Assembly: GCA_963763105.1 (NCBI GenBank)
Contig: CAVXMT010000006.1
Coordinates: 112,351 to 176,350 of the forward strand
Reading direction: 5' to 3'
DNA from: an uncultured Candidatus Altimarinota bacterium
GTDB taxonomy: Bacteria > Patescibacteriota > Gracilibacteria > BD1-5 > UBA2023
DNA length: 64,000 bases
In this document: positions 1-11,848 of the stretch, piece by piece
Numbering within the stretch: the first letter of the stretch is position 1
Layout of the letters: each line of letters begins with the position of its first letter
Translations under genes and position numbers: made by a program
The notes under the pieces: model-generated
What the model saw: the letters and a program-made list of their open reading frames with translations, nothing else
Told to the model about the DNA's origin: nothing
Databases searched by the model: none

Positions 1-575
1 AGATGAAGCTCTGATATTATCTTCTGTGGAAGAAGAGATTCTTCAAAGAATATAATATCCTCTTCAAATCCTCCAACCTTCACCACATCAGATTTTCGAA
101 AAAATCGTGCTGACTCTATACGTGTCCCGACATAAAATGATCGCTCAAAATCACGAATCCTTACAAATAAGCCCTTCCCTACTGATCGTTCTGGAATTGT
201 CACTCAGCCAAGATCAGGATGAGATCCGAGGTGATCTATGCATTCTTCGAGAACCTGGGGACTGAGTATCATATCACTATCAATGAAGCAGAGATACTCC
301 CCTTTTGACTGTGATATTCCATAGTTTTTCTGCGTTGTCCTCTCGGATCACTTCTGAAAAAATGTATCTGTATATTGAATACCAATATCCCGCGTAGTAT
401 CCGTCGAAAAATTATCGACAATAATAATCTCAAAATCAGAAAAACTCTGATTCTGAAGGGAAATCAGGCACGATTCTAAGGTTTTAGCACTATTCTTTGT
501 CGGAATAATAATTGAGATTTTTGGATTATCTTTATTCATGGATTCAAAGTTCAGAGAGTATTTTCTCAAGTTCAT
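1..575 (-). CDS. Family 2 glycosyltransferase, 3' end runs off the window start. The start is more likely ATG at 538, which overlaps the upstream gene's TAA.
   Basis: N-terminus KISIIIPTKNSAKTLESCL..IIIVDNFSTD is a GT2 signature. The frame stays open through TGA at 348-350 (and a further in-frame TGA) down to nt 1 (..CFIDSDM..). Confidence 0.8.
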
Positions 576-1659
576 CAGTTTTTGTATCCCAATTCCCCAG
601 TCTTTTTACATATTCGAGACTTTGTATACTGAGCTTCTCATAGAAATCAGTATCACGAATAACTTCAGCAAGCTTCATTCCCATGCTCTGATAATCACCA
701 TCAGGAATGAGAAATCCATTCACTCAAGGATGAATACTGTCACGAAGCCCAGGAACATCATATCCAATCGCTGAAATTCCATAAGCATTCGCCTCGAGGA
801 TGACCAGTCAGAAGCCTTCTTTTTTTGATGGCACAAGTAATATCTTGTGAGGTGTAATAAAATCCTGCATTTTTTCATTATCGATATATCCAGAAAAAAA
901 TACACGATCCTCAAGATGAAGTTCTTGTATAATGAGTTTGAGTGTATGAAAATATCCTAGATCTTGATATGTGCCTGCAATATTCAGAATATATTCTGAG
1001 AAGTGAGAATCAGAATGAAAAAATACACTAAATGCTCGAATAGCATCTTCTACTCGCTTCACTGGCATAATTCTTCCTAAGAAAAGAATTTTCTTTTCCT
1101 TTTGAGTAAAATCAACATTTTGAATAGGCATTCGATCGCATACATTCTCTATTACCGAAATATCATTTCTACTAAATCAGAAATCATTTACGAGTTCATC
1201 TCGAGTAGAATTTGAGACTGTAATCGTAGTATATGATCGATATTGGCGAATCATAGAATGATATAATTTCTTTGCAAATTTTCCTATATATCAGTACTTC
1301 TGAAATTCATCATCACCAATATGGTGAATAAGAAAAAGTATTGGAATTTTTTTCTCATAGAGTGGAGAAAGAAGAGGCCAACCACCCGCCTCATCAATAA
1401 TAATATCAATATGATTTTGTTTCTTCCATTTTCTATACCATATCCACCCAAAAAGCCACGCTGTATGCATATGAAACTTCCTGATGATATGAATCCCATC
1501 AATGACTGATTCTCTCTCTGCACCAGGAAATGTACTCGCAAACCATATAACCGTATGTCCACGAGCAATGAGTCGTTTCGCATAATTATAGATTACAGTT
1601 TCTGCTCATCATTTTGATGGATGAGTGATGTCTTTCCATGTAAGAAAGAGGATATTCAT
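532..1659 (-). CDS. GT4/GT1-family glycosyltransferase
   Basis: N-terminus MNILFLTWKDITHPSKGGAE, where GG is encoded by TGA TGA. C-terminal EGFGLVILEANAYG motif. Stop is TAA. Confidence 0.85.
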
Positions 1660-1663
1660 ATGA

Positions 1664-2596
1664 TTAGTTCACTTTATTTCTAATAATATAGAGTGGTCGT
1701 CCGATGACTTCTTCATGAATATTTGCAATATAGAGCGCTATAAATCCAAGAGCCATAAGTGTGATCCCCATAATCCACGTATTCAGAATTATGATAAGAA
1801 CAATATTACTAAAAGCATACATCTGTGTCACGAGCTTATCGAAGACGACAAAAACTGCGAGAAGTGAAGTAAAAATAGTGACGAAGAATCCAAGATAACC
1901 GACAACCTTAAGTGGGAAAAATGAGAAAGAAGTAAGACTATGAAGTGCAAGTCGAAAAAGCATAGGATATACATAGGTTGCCTTTCCATATTCACGAGGA
2001 TTAGCATCGAAGATGAGAGGTATCCGAGAAAATCCGAGCCAATCGATCAATCCACGATAAATACGGTTTTTTTCAGAAAATCGGAGATAAGCATCGACGA
2101 CCTTTCTGTCGAGAAGACGATAATCAGTCGCTCCTGGTTCAAGCTTGAATTCTGAGATACGATTAAAAAGAGTATAAAAACATTTCGAGGAGAGTTTCTT
2201 GATCCAATTGGCATCATGAATTCCTGGTCGAATATTGTAGACGATCTCATATCAGGCCTCCCATTTTTCTATAAATTCTGGAATATGCTCGACTGGATGT
2301 TGGCGATCAGCATCCAGTGTAATAACCGCATCTCCAATAGAATTCTCGAGTCATGCAGTGATCGCGAGTTCTTTCCCAAAGTTTCGAGAGAGATCGATTC
2401 ACTTCACCCGAGAGTCCTTTCGAGAAAGCTCCACTATCTTTTCCCAGCTTCGGTCTTGGCTCCCATCATTCACAAAAATAATCTCAAAAATATATAAGTT
2501 CGATATTTTTTCAAGAACTTTCGAGAGCTCATCATAGAGAATCGGAATATTATCCTGCTCACGATATACTGGGATCACGAATGAGAGAGTTTTCAT
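1664..2596 (-). CDS. GT2 polyprenol-phosphate glycosyltransferase (DPM1/ArnC/GtrB-like) with C-terminal transmembrane helices
   Basis: FVIPVYREQDNI.., ..ITLDADRQHPVEHIPEFIEKWEAGYEIVY.., and two C-terminal TM helices. Three ORF fragments join in one frame through TGA. Confidence 0.85.
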
Positions 2597-2719
2597 GAAG
2601 AGAGATTAAAATGTGAGGTGTAAGAGATTTTTTTCTTTTCATTGTATAGGAACAATGAGAAAAGAAAAATAGAAAAGGAATATGAGAATCATAGGAATAC
2701 TTGTATCAATATGAATATT

Positions 2720-3346
2720 TCAGAAATAGCGTTGAAATGTCACAAGTGCAAGAGAAGGAATAAAGATATATATTCCATTCTTGAGATACCATAGAAATAT
2801 TTTCTGTATTTCAGAAAGATAGAGTTCCCATTCTGGTGGTGAATATCTCAGCCATTGATTTCTCTTCATTATACTCTGTATTCGAGGAGCAACCATATCA
2901 GATATACATCCAAACATGAGCCCATAAAAAACATACTGGGAAAATATACCCGCCATATTTCCTTCCTCGATAAGGAAAGCTATAGGAATAGCAGAAAGAA
3001 ACATAAAAACAATGAGGAAAAAAATGCGGATATTAAGAAGTGAGAATACTGATGTAATTCAAAGAATCAGAAGAAATACGATAGGAAAATCTATATGAAG
3101 ATATCAAATTAGGAAAAATGAAAACCAGACAAGAAGAAATCCCTGAAAAAGAGATGGATATGATGTTTTTTCTTCTTTCGGACTTAGAGCTATGTGTCTA
3201 TAGGCAGCAAAATAAATCGGAAGAAAAAGAGCAAGTACCATCGAAAAAAAGAGATCACTTCTTCCTATACCAAGAAAAAAAATATTTGTACTATCAAAAA
3301 AAATAAAGAGGATACCCGTAATGAAAAGAATAAGAAATGGTCGCAT
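2720..3346 (-). CDS. Hypothetical polytopic membrane protein
   Basis: Two ORF-track pieces share a frame and are joined by TGA codons at 3104-3106 and about 3059-3061. Hydrophobic throughout. I recognise no family. Confidence 0.5.
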
Positions 3347-3462
3347 AGAAAAATGAAGATAAGGAAATCATATACATATTTCAAAAAATACAAAGAAAGT
3401 AGATCAAGAATTTGCAAAAGAATTGCAGATACTTCAAATTTATCAATCAAGTATTGGCAAAT

Positions 3463-3867
3463 TTATTTCCTCTTATCCATTGCCACATTCGAAAGTCTAT
3501 CCGCTTCGAGATTCTGTTCACGAAAAACATGAGTGAATATAATATTCCCTCACCACTTCCCTATACTTTCACCAATCTGAGAATAGATCTTTTTGAGTTC
3601 GGCGTTTTTGATCTTATAGCGTCACGAGAGTTGCTCGATCACGAGCTGACTATCAGCACGCAGTTCGATCTTCGTCGCTCCAAGCTCGATCGCGCGATTG
3701 ATACCGAGAAGTGCTGCTGTATATTCTGCGATATTATTGGTCGCATGACCGATATATTTATGGCGTCTTTCTATCGGATTTCATTTGTCATCCATGATAA
3801 AAATCCCACACCCCGAAGGGCCAGGATTTCCTCTCGATCATCCATCTGAATAGACTATATATTTCAT
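3463..3867 (-). CDS. rnhA: Ribonuclease HI
   Basis: MKYIVYSDGGSRGNPGPSGCG...NNIAEYTAALLG...ADSQLVIEQL. Four in-frame TGAs fall at Gly-like positions. Stop is TAA. Confidence 0.85.
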
Positions 3868-3869
3868 AT

Positions 3870-4418
3870 TTATATTAATTCTTCGAGTCGAAGAAATTGC
3901 GGAGTGAGGTAGTATACGAGTGAAGCTGATCATTCTTTGACATCCTTCCATTCAAGAGTGTCAGGAAGAGACAGGACAGCAACCGATCATTTTTTCATTG
4001 ATGGAACTCCATCTCATGAGAGATATTTTGCAAAGTTTGTCAGATCATCATTGTGTCAGACGATCATAAGAATCGTCACATCTTTTTTGAGGCTCTTTAT
4101 GAGATTCAAGTGGATCAGATCAGAATCTCTCTTGGAGGCTGATCAGCCATTGTAGAGATTGCCGACATATTCTATTTTGAGATGCGAGAATTGTTCTATG
4201 AGTCGCTCTGCAGTTTGTTTTGTGCGCGTTGCTGGACTCGCGATGATCTTGTCTGGCTTCACTCCTATGAGTCTGAGATACCTCGCGACAAACTTCAGTG
4301 AACTCTCTCCTCTCTCTGAGAGTGGACGATCGAAATCCATACCAGAAAATTCTGAGAGTTCGAGTGCTTTCGCGTGTCGGACAAGAATGATCTGTTTTTT
4401 CTTCGTATTATGAAACAT
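3870..4418 (-). CDS. sixA: SixA-type histidine phosphatase
   Basis: ILVRHAKA..DFDRPLSERG...ILMIVGHNDDL, where the G of VGHN is TGA. The ORF-track start at 4505 is TTG, so I prefer the ATG at 4418. Confidence 0.7.
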
Positions 4419-4530
4419 AAGCGTATTATACACAAAAATACCCCCATACAAGTGGGAGTATTTCTTTCGAGTTGCTTTTTCTTTCTTATGGTTCCGAATT
4501 ATCAATTACTCATTTTCAATTCTCTATTAT

Positions 4531-5442
4531 TTACGAGTCTTTCATGCTTTCTACTCCACTCACGATTTCAGAGACTTCTTTTGTGATCGCTGCTTGTCGG
4601 GTTTTATTGTAGATGAGTGTCAATCATGTTGCCTTTTTGTCGGCACTATCTTTTGCATTCTTCATTGCGACCATACGAGCAGCATGTTCTGATGCTTTTG
4701 CTTCGAGAAGCGTCTCATGGACGATACCATCGAGGATGAGAGGAATAGTCATGGTGACGATTGTCTCTGCATCTGGCTCGATCGTATAGCTTCCCTCATA
4801 TGACTCTGCTTCGTATTTCTTCCCGACGACTTTCTCGAGAAAAGAAAAAATATCTTCTCTCTTGATAGGAAAAAGAGGCTTTATGACAGGAAGTTGGGTG
4901 ATCGCTGAGACATAATGATTGTAGACAATTGATACTTTCGAATATTTTCCAGAATCCCAGAGATTGATAATAGCTCGTACCATGCGACGAGAATCAGCTG
5001 CAGTGAGAGGATCTTTTATCTCATCTGAGAAATCAATACTCAGATTCTGTCCAGTACGAAGAATGAAATCACGAGCTCTTTTTCCTATAGTGATATAGTC
5101 ATATTCTCTTGTAAATGGTTTATCCAAGTCATCTCGAATATACTCAGTAGTTTTCTTGAAAATATTTGTATTATATCCTCCACAGAGTCACTTCTGGGAA
5201 GCGATAATCACGATAAGCTCACGCGTCGCCTCTGGGGCTCGAGAAAAATTCCCAAGTACCTCATCACTCTTTGCGACTTTCCCAAGAATAGAAAGAACAG
5301 CAAGAGCAAAAGGTCGAAATCCAACAACACTTTCTTGAGCTTTTTTCATCTTCACTGTCGAAATAAGCTCCATAGCTTTTGTGATTTTTCCAGTGTTTTT
5401 TACGGATTTAATTCGAGATTTGATTTCTTTACCTGATGCCAT
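4531..5442 (-). CDS. atpG: F-type ATPase gamma subunit
   Basis: N-terminus MASGKEIKSRIKSVKNTGKITKAME. C-terminus LTLIYNKTRQAAITKEVSEIVSG. Fragments joined through TGA. Confidence 0.9.
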
Positions 5443-5469
5443 AAGGATAATTTATAGTTTATAATTTTC

Positions 5470-6993
5470 TTATTTTTTCTCTTCAAAGAGTCGTGAGAAA
5501 TTCTCAAGGAATTCAGAAAGGAGTTTCTTTGTCTCATCAGAAAAATCTTTTGTCTCACGAATACTTGTAAGAATCTTTTCTTCCCGATCAAGAGCAAGAA
5601 GAAGATCATGTTCAAAATTACGGACATACTTCACATCAATCTTATCGAGATATCCTGCAGATCATGCAAAGATAATAGCCACTTGTTTTTCGAATGGAAT
5701 CGGTGAATAAATATCTTGCTTGAGAAGTTCGATCATACGCTTTCCTCGCTCAAGTTGTTTCTTGGTATCGGCATCAAGATCTGAAGCGAATTGAGAGAAG
5801 GCTTCAAGTTCACGATATTGTGCAAGAGTAAGTTTCAGAGTTCCTGCATTTTTCTTCATGGCTTTTGTCTGGGCAGATCCACCGACACGAGAGACAGAAA
5901 GTCCTATATTGATTGCTGGCTTGACTCAAGAATTGAAGAGTCCAGATTCGAGGAATATTTGACCATCAGTAATCGATATTACATTTGTCGGAATATATGC
6001 CGATACATCACCACCCTGAGTTTCGATAATTGGTAGTGCCGTCATAGATCCACCTCCGAGTTCATCATTTAGCTTTGCTGCACGCTCGAGAAGACGAGAG
6101 TGAAGATAGAATACATCTCCAGGATATGCCTCACGACCTGGTGGACGACGAAGGAGAAGTGACATTTCACGATAGGCATTTGCATGCTTGGTAAGATCAT
6201 CATAGATGATAAGTACATGCTGTCATTTGAACATGAAATATTCTCCCATAGTTGCTCCTGAATATGGTGCGAGCCACTGCATCGCAGCAGGTGATGAGGC
6301 TCCGGCAGAGACGATGATTGTGTATTCGAGAGCTCCTGCTTTTTTGAGTTCTTCAGCAATTGTGACGACTTTTGAATCCTTTTGTCCGATAGCAACATAG
6401 ATACACTTTACACCATTTCATTTTTGATTGAGGATTGTATCGATTGCAATTTGTGTTTTTCCTGTCTGACGATCTCCGATGATCAACTCACGCTGACCAC
6501 GACCGATTGGCACAAGTGCATCGATTGCTTTGATACCTGTAGCCAGAGGTTCATGAACTGATTTACGACTCATGACACCGGTAGCGACACGCTCAGCTGG
6601 ACAGTATTCGTTTGCCTTAATCTCTCAGAGTCCATCTATAGGATTTCCAAGTGGATCGACGACACGTCCAAGAAGTGCTTCTCAGACTGGAATTTCGAGA
6701 ATTTTTCCTGTCGCTTTTGCGATCATACCTTCACAGACTGTAGAAAATCATGAAAGTATAACGATACCGACATAGTGTTCTTCAAGATTCATGGCAACTC
6801 CCTTAGCTCAGCTATCAAATTCGACAACTTCATTGTAGGCGATATTTCCAAGTCAGATAACTTTGGCGATACCATCACCAAGATAGACGACTTTTCCAGC
6901 ATTGACACGATCTGGAGAGAGATCGACAGAATCAATTTGTTGTTCGAGTTCTTTTATGAGGCCCTGAGCGAGTTCTATGGCGGATTGAGACAT
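5470..6993 (-). CDS. atpA: F-type ATPase alpha subunit
   Basis: GDRQTGKT Walker [24 protein letters not shown], and [19 protein letters not shown] with G encoded by TGA. Length is 508 codons including the stop (507 aa). Confidence 0.95.
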
Positions 6994-7043
6994 AGGAAAG
7001 GAAAGTTAAAAGTATAGAGAAAAAGTTTTGAGGAAGAAATATT

Positions 7044-7394
7044 TTATTGTCTTACAAGTGATTCAAATCGTGCAAAGGAAACATCGACCATATCATCACC
7101 GACAAAAACGCGAACTCCTCAAGTAAGAAGAGGATTTTCTCGTACTATTGGTGGGACTGTATTTTTGTATTGAGGAAAGGAAACCCTGAGACATGCCTTG
7201 GCATAACGATCAACAAGTGATATATCCATACTTGGAGCATATTCAATAACTGCTTGATCTTCAGGTGGATTTGCTGGATCTATAAGATTCGCCCTATTTC
7301 CTATTTGTTTCATGGAAATACGATAATTCTTCATGATCTGAAGTATGTGCTCCAGTGTCTCACGAGAATACGATGAAAGATTGATTCATGACAT
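7044..7394 (-). CDS. atpH: F-type ATPase delta (OSCP)-like subunit, unusually short at 116 aa
   Basis: Sits between atpF and atpA. The C-terminus ..TGGVRVFVGDDMVDVSFARFESL resembles the delta C-terminal strand. The N-terminal helical domain is missing. Confidence 0.6.
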
Positions 7395-7397
7395 AGT

Positions 7398-7874
7398 TTA
7401 GAATTCGATAGTATTAGCATTTTTCTTGAGGAAATCAGCATTCACATCACTTGAAGAGAAAAGTTTTGCATTCATCTTCAGTGCAATATCAAGTACTTTC
7501 TTCTTCAGTTCTTCTGCCATAAGTTTGTGCTCAAGTGCGACATCAGCGAATCATTTTGTTCGAGCGACATCAGCATCACGCTGAGCTCTTTCTTCGATTT
7601 CTCTTGCTTCTTTGCGAGAGTTTTCTACGATCTCACTTGCGACCATTCGGGCATCGACACGAGATTGATCAAGAATTTTTTCTGCATCATTTTTTGCTTC
7701 TGAGAGTAATGCATCACTTTTAGCGAGTTTCTCCTCGAGATCTTTTCTTTTCATTGCCTCTTCATCAAGAAATTTTATGTAAGGAACGAAAAAGAATTTT
7801 CGAAGCACAAGAGCAACGATAATAAAATTGACAGCCTGAATAATAAACGATGAGAGGTCGAAGAGAGCGTCCAT
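7398..7874 (-). CDS. atpF: F-type ATPase b subunit
   Basis: One N-terminal TM helix followed by a long charged coiled region. Correct operon position. Extended through TGA at 7551-7553. Confidence 0.8.
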
Positions 7875-7946
7875 AAAAGAGAATTATAAATGTATGTATT
7901 TCACTTTCATCATTCCTACAAAGACAGGAATGACGAGAAAGAAAAA

Positions 7947-8141
7947 TTACTTAATAAGGAAAAGGGCAGCAAAGGCAAGAAGTCCTGGAACTTCACAAAG
8001 AGCAATTGCTGTAAGCATTTTTGCATTGATATCACCAGATGCTGATGGATTGCGACCAATAGCCTGCATAGCACCCATACCGATAAGACCAATACCGACT
8101 CCAGAACCAATAACACCGATAAGTGCAAACGCTGTGTACAT
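7947..8141 (-). CDS. atpE: F-type ATPase c subunit
   Basis: 64-aa hairpin proteolipid with GIGLIGMGAMQAIGRNP and a carboxylate in ALCEVPGLL. Confidence 0.9.
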   Translation of the reverse strand: MYTAFALIGVIGSGVGIGLIGMGAMQAIGRNPSASGDINAKMLTAIALCEVPGLLAFAALFLIK

Positions 8142-8249
8142 AAAAGAAAAAGTAAAAAAATAATGAATTCTATGAGACGTTACGGAGAGGAAGTGTCCGA
8201 TTTGGCTTTCTAGAAATCAAGGAAGAAAGTATTCTCTCTTCCCAAACTT

Positions 8250-9209
8250 CTAATGGTGATTATCAGGAAGAGATTCGCGTATATAGAGTGATGAAAGTGT
8301 CATAAATATATATGCCTGAAGAAATGCAACAAGGAGCTCAAAAAACCAAAATGGAAGAGAGAGAAGACGAAATCCTCCGCTTCCGAAATCTGGGATTTTT
8401 GATCCAACAAAAATAGCTACTCCGATAAGTATTGCTCCTACAAAGATATTGAGAAAAAGACGCATAGAGAGTGATCCAATACGGATGAATTCTCCAGCGA
8501 AATGAAGCCATCAGACAAATACGCTGACAATTTTTTCAGCAGTGGAATCTCCATGATAATTGAAAAGATAATGACCAAGATGATTGATAGGACCTTTGAG
8601 ATAAAATGCAGTGAGCTGTGCTACAAGAATCACAGTAAGAGAAAATACGAGAGTCGTGGAAAGATCAGAATAAATAGGACGAAGATAATGTCCGAGCCAT
8701 TCATCTTTCGAAATAATTACAAGCCAATCAGAAACAAGGCCCATAATATTTCCCAAAAATACTACCACCATTATTCCTCACAGGAGCCACATGTATCTTT
8801 TCGCTGCTTCTTTATCACCCAAAAGAGAAGTCGCATAGGCAAGAATACGAGCGACAATATCGACACCAAATGCTCGAAGTCTTGGAAAAGATCGTGTCGA
8901 AACAGCTGCATACATAAAAGCAACAAGTACAAAAAGAATTCCCATAAATATCCATGTCGAGAATATTGTATTGGTAATATGGAGTCATCCAATAGACCAC
9001 CCTTCAATTACTTCGCCTTTCGGCCCGAGAATATGAGGACCACTTTCTTCACTTGATGAAGCATGCTCTTCTCATTTTGACGGAGTCTCTGGAGTGATAT
9101 TTTCTGATAGAACAACCGGAGCCCCAATAGCCATTGCAGACTGCTCTACAAAACCAAATGTTGAGCAGAAAAGAATCGAGATGAGAATGTATCTAAAAGC
9201 GTGTCGCAT
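8250..9209 (-). CDS. atpB: F-type ATPase a subunit with a signal-like N-terminal extension
   Basis: C-terminus ..SLSMRLFLNIFVG...ELLVAFLQAYIFMTLSSLYI (the conserved Arg helix). Three fragments share one frame through TGA. Stop is TAG. Confidence 0.85.
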
Positions 9210-9312
9210 AGTGAAAATTTCGGTCGAAGTATATAAAAATGCTTTTCTTTTGCAAATCTTTTTTCATTTAAGAATTATTTTTGCTTCAAGAGAACTATTT
9301 CTTATACTAAGC

Positions 9313-10245
9313 ATGATTTCTACTATCATAATTTTATCTCCCCTTATGCCCTACCCTACCCTTGATCAAATAGTCCTTGATACTCTTCATCTCTATCAGA
9401 CAAAAAGAGATCTTCCAAAAATTGATTTTTCACTATTCCAAACACCTCTCGTTGTTGGTAGTGGAAATGGCTACTATACTGGGCGTATACTCTTTCGAAA
9501 CAGTCCTGCTTATTTTGCGTCTGAAGCAGAAGTCGAAAAAAAGCTCGAAAATATTCCCTCTATCACTAATGTCGTCGTCGTATCAGCGAGTGGAGAAAAA
9601 CATGCCCCAATTATTCTCAATATAGCCAAAAAATATAAGAAAAATACTTTCCTTATCTCATCAAGCGAGAAAAGTCTTGGAAGAGAAATTGCTGATAGGA
9701 GTATCATTATGCCAAAAATTCGAGAACCTTACACATTCAATACCTCCACTTATTTTGGTTATCTCTATTCTGAAGATACATCTCTAGATCTCAGGAAGCT
9801 CGAAGAATTTCTTTGTTGAGATTTCAAAAAAATCCTCGAAAATATATCTTTTCGAGAGTATAAAAGCTTTTTTATTGTACTTCCAGATGCATTTGTTCTT
9901 CTGAGAGAAATGATCGAAGTGAAATTCATAGAATTATTCGGGCGGAAAATTGCCCGAGATATATTCACCTATGAGCAAATGAAACACGCTACAACTGTCA
10001 TACAAGATGAATGAGAACTTTTCCTTTGTTTCTGAAATACAAGCGAGATAAAATATGGGAATAACCAGGTAAATCTTCCGATATTCCATGAATCAAGCTA
10101 TGCTGCAATGATGCTTATATCATACTATCTCGTCGGAAAAATACAGTCATCTCTTCCATCATATTTCATGAATTCTATCGAAGACTACTGTATTCGAGCA
10201 AAGCTTCAAAGTGGGTTTAATATTTCTCCTTGGGTTGAAGTATAA
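9313..10245 (+). CDS. Hypothetical protein with a possible SIS-like (sugar isomerase fold) segment
   Basis: The frame is open from 9313 through three TGAs to TAA at 10243. VVVSASGEKHAPIILNIAKKY resembles an SIS loop. This assignment is weak. Confidence 0.5.
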
Positions 10246-10269
10246 GTCACTCTCAATATTGATTGAACC

Positions 10270-10731
10270 TTATTCTCCCATCACCACACATCCTGTCTTT
10301 TCGAGAGCAAGATCAGCTTCCTTAAGTTTATATTTCTGTAGAGGGAGTTCAGAGATGCCCATATGAGTTGCAAGTTCATGAGCAGATTCCCCATAAGTGA
10401 CAATCATACGAGATTCGATTTTCTCTATAAGTGGAACACTGAGTTTTGATGTCGGCATGATAAGAATATCCAGATCTCAGAGAAAAGTAAGTCATTCTGT
10501 AGAGAGATCTCCAAGAATACTCGGAATATATCCGACACTATATCCTTCGATACGAAGTTGGTAAATCAGGACACCTGTATCTTCGTGTACGTAAGCAAGA
10601 AATCCTCATTTCTCATATTCTCATGGCATTTCGAGAGAAAGAGAATCAAGCATAATAGAATCTGGAAGAAATACGATACTTTTCTTCTCCGATTCAATTG
10701 AGAGAGTATTATTTTTGTAGAAGAATTCCAT
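10270..10731 (-). CDS. Hypothetical protein, 153 aa
   Basis: ATG at 10731. Four in-frame TGAs. Stop is TAA. Convergent with the preceding gene. Confidence 0.5.
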
Positions 10732-10778
10732 AGTAATGATTTTAGATTAGAGGAGATAGGAAATAGGTGAAACATAGT

Positions 10779-11129
10779 TTATTTTTTTGACTGGATAAGT
10801 CAAACAATCATACGAGAGATTTCATTTATCTCAGAAATCAAGGACTCGTACTCCAGAAGAGAAATAAAATGGAGACGATATGAAAGCTCTATCTGTGTCT
10901 CAATTTCTGCACAAGATCCACGCGCAATATAGAGAAAATGAATCTGATCTTTCAAAGTTTGTCGTGTATTTCATTCTGCAATATTACTCGCTATAGATAT
11001 TGATGATCTTTTAATTTGATCGACCAATCCATACATTTCTATTTTTGGAAATTTCATACATATACCGTAGATACTCTCTACAAGATGCATTGATTTTTGC
11101 CAAACCTTTAAGTCCTTAAAAGTATTCAT
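10779..11129 (-). CDS. Four-helix-bundle protein (23S rRNA intervening-sequence protein family)
   Basis: MNTFKDLKVWQKSMHLVESIY..FPKIEMYGLVDQIKRSSISIASNIAEG (the final G is TGA) is the family signature. Confidence 0.8.
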
Positions 11130-11192
11130 AATAATTTAGAATGCTAATATTTAATTTCTATCTCCTACCTCCTATAATCTTCTTCCTAGATT

Positions 11193-11642
11193 CTACATGA
11201 AATGTATGTTCTTCTCGAGAAACCCGACAACATCAGGTTTCAGAAAAACATTCTTGAGTTCTTCAGGAGTAAACCACTTGTATCCAATAAACCGCTCCTC
11301 TCTGCGAGGACGTGGTTCAGATTTTCCTGTATATTTTACGAGAAAAAGTGAAACTTCCTTATGAATGATCGGTGCACCTTCGAGATATCCAGCGATAAAG
11401 GAATAGGCAATCTTATTCATGAACTTGACGACTTCGAGATCCTTCTCAGCAAGACCAGTCTCTTCCGATATTTCTCGGATAGCTGTCTGCATGGCAGTCT
11501 CATTTTCTTCTATATGTCCTTTTGGAAGAACATACTCGAGTTCATTCCTTGCATTTTTCCAAGCAAGCATGAGAACTTGTATATGAGTTCAGATTTTTCT
11601 ATAGACCATACCGCCAGCACTCTTTTCATGGAGTTCTGTCAT
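11193..11642 (-). CDS. NUDIX hydrolase
   Basis: Nudix box GHIEENETAMQTAIREISEETG. N-terminus extended through TGA to the ATG at 11642. Confidence 0.85.
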
Positions 11643-11848
11643 AGTATTTATATATTAGGGAACAACTGTTTAGGAGTATATCGAAAAAGAAGGAAAAAGC
11701 AAGCAGCAAAAATCTCTTACGAAATCGATATATCATAGAAACAGAAAAATCATGAGAAAAGTTGCATTTTTCGATTTTTTTTATACCTTAGTCTAAGTTG
11801 CGCGTTCGCGTGTTTTCCATTGTCTCTTATCAACTTTCAATTTTTCTC

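Noticed and set aside
8502-9056. 184-aa plus-strand ORF.
   Set aside because: Antisense to atpB. The product is a basic low-complexity sequence.
11643-11848. A possible oriC or DnaA-box cluster upstream of dnaN.
   Set aside because: There is only one weak TTATCAACT-like box, no dnaA gene adjacent, and no repeated boxes or clear unwinding element (DUE).
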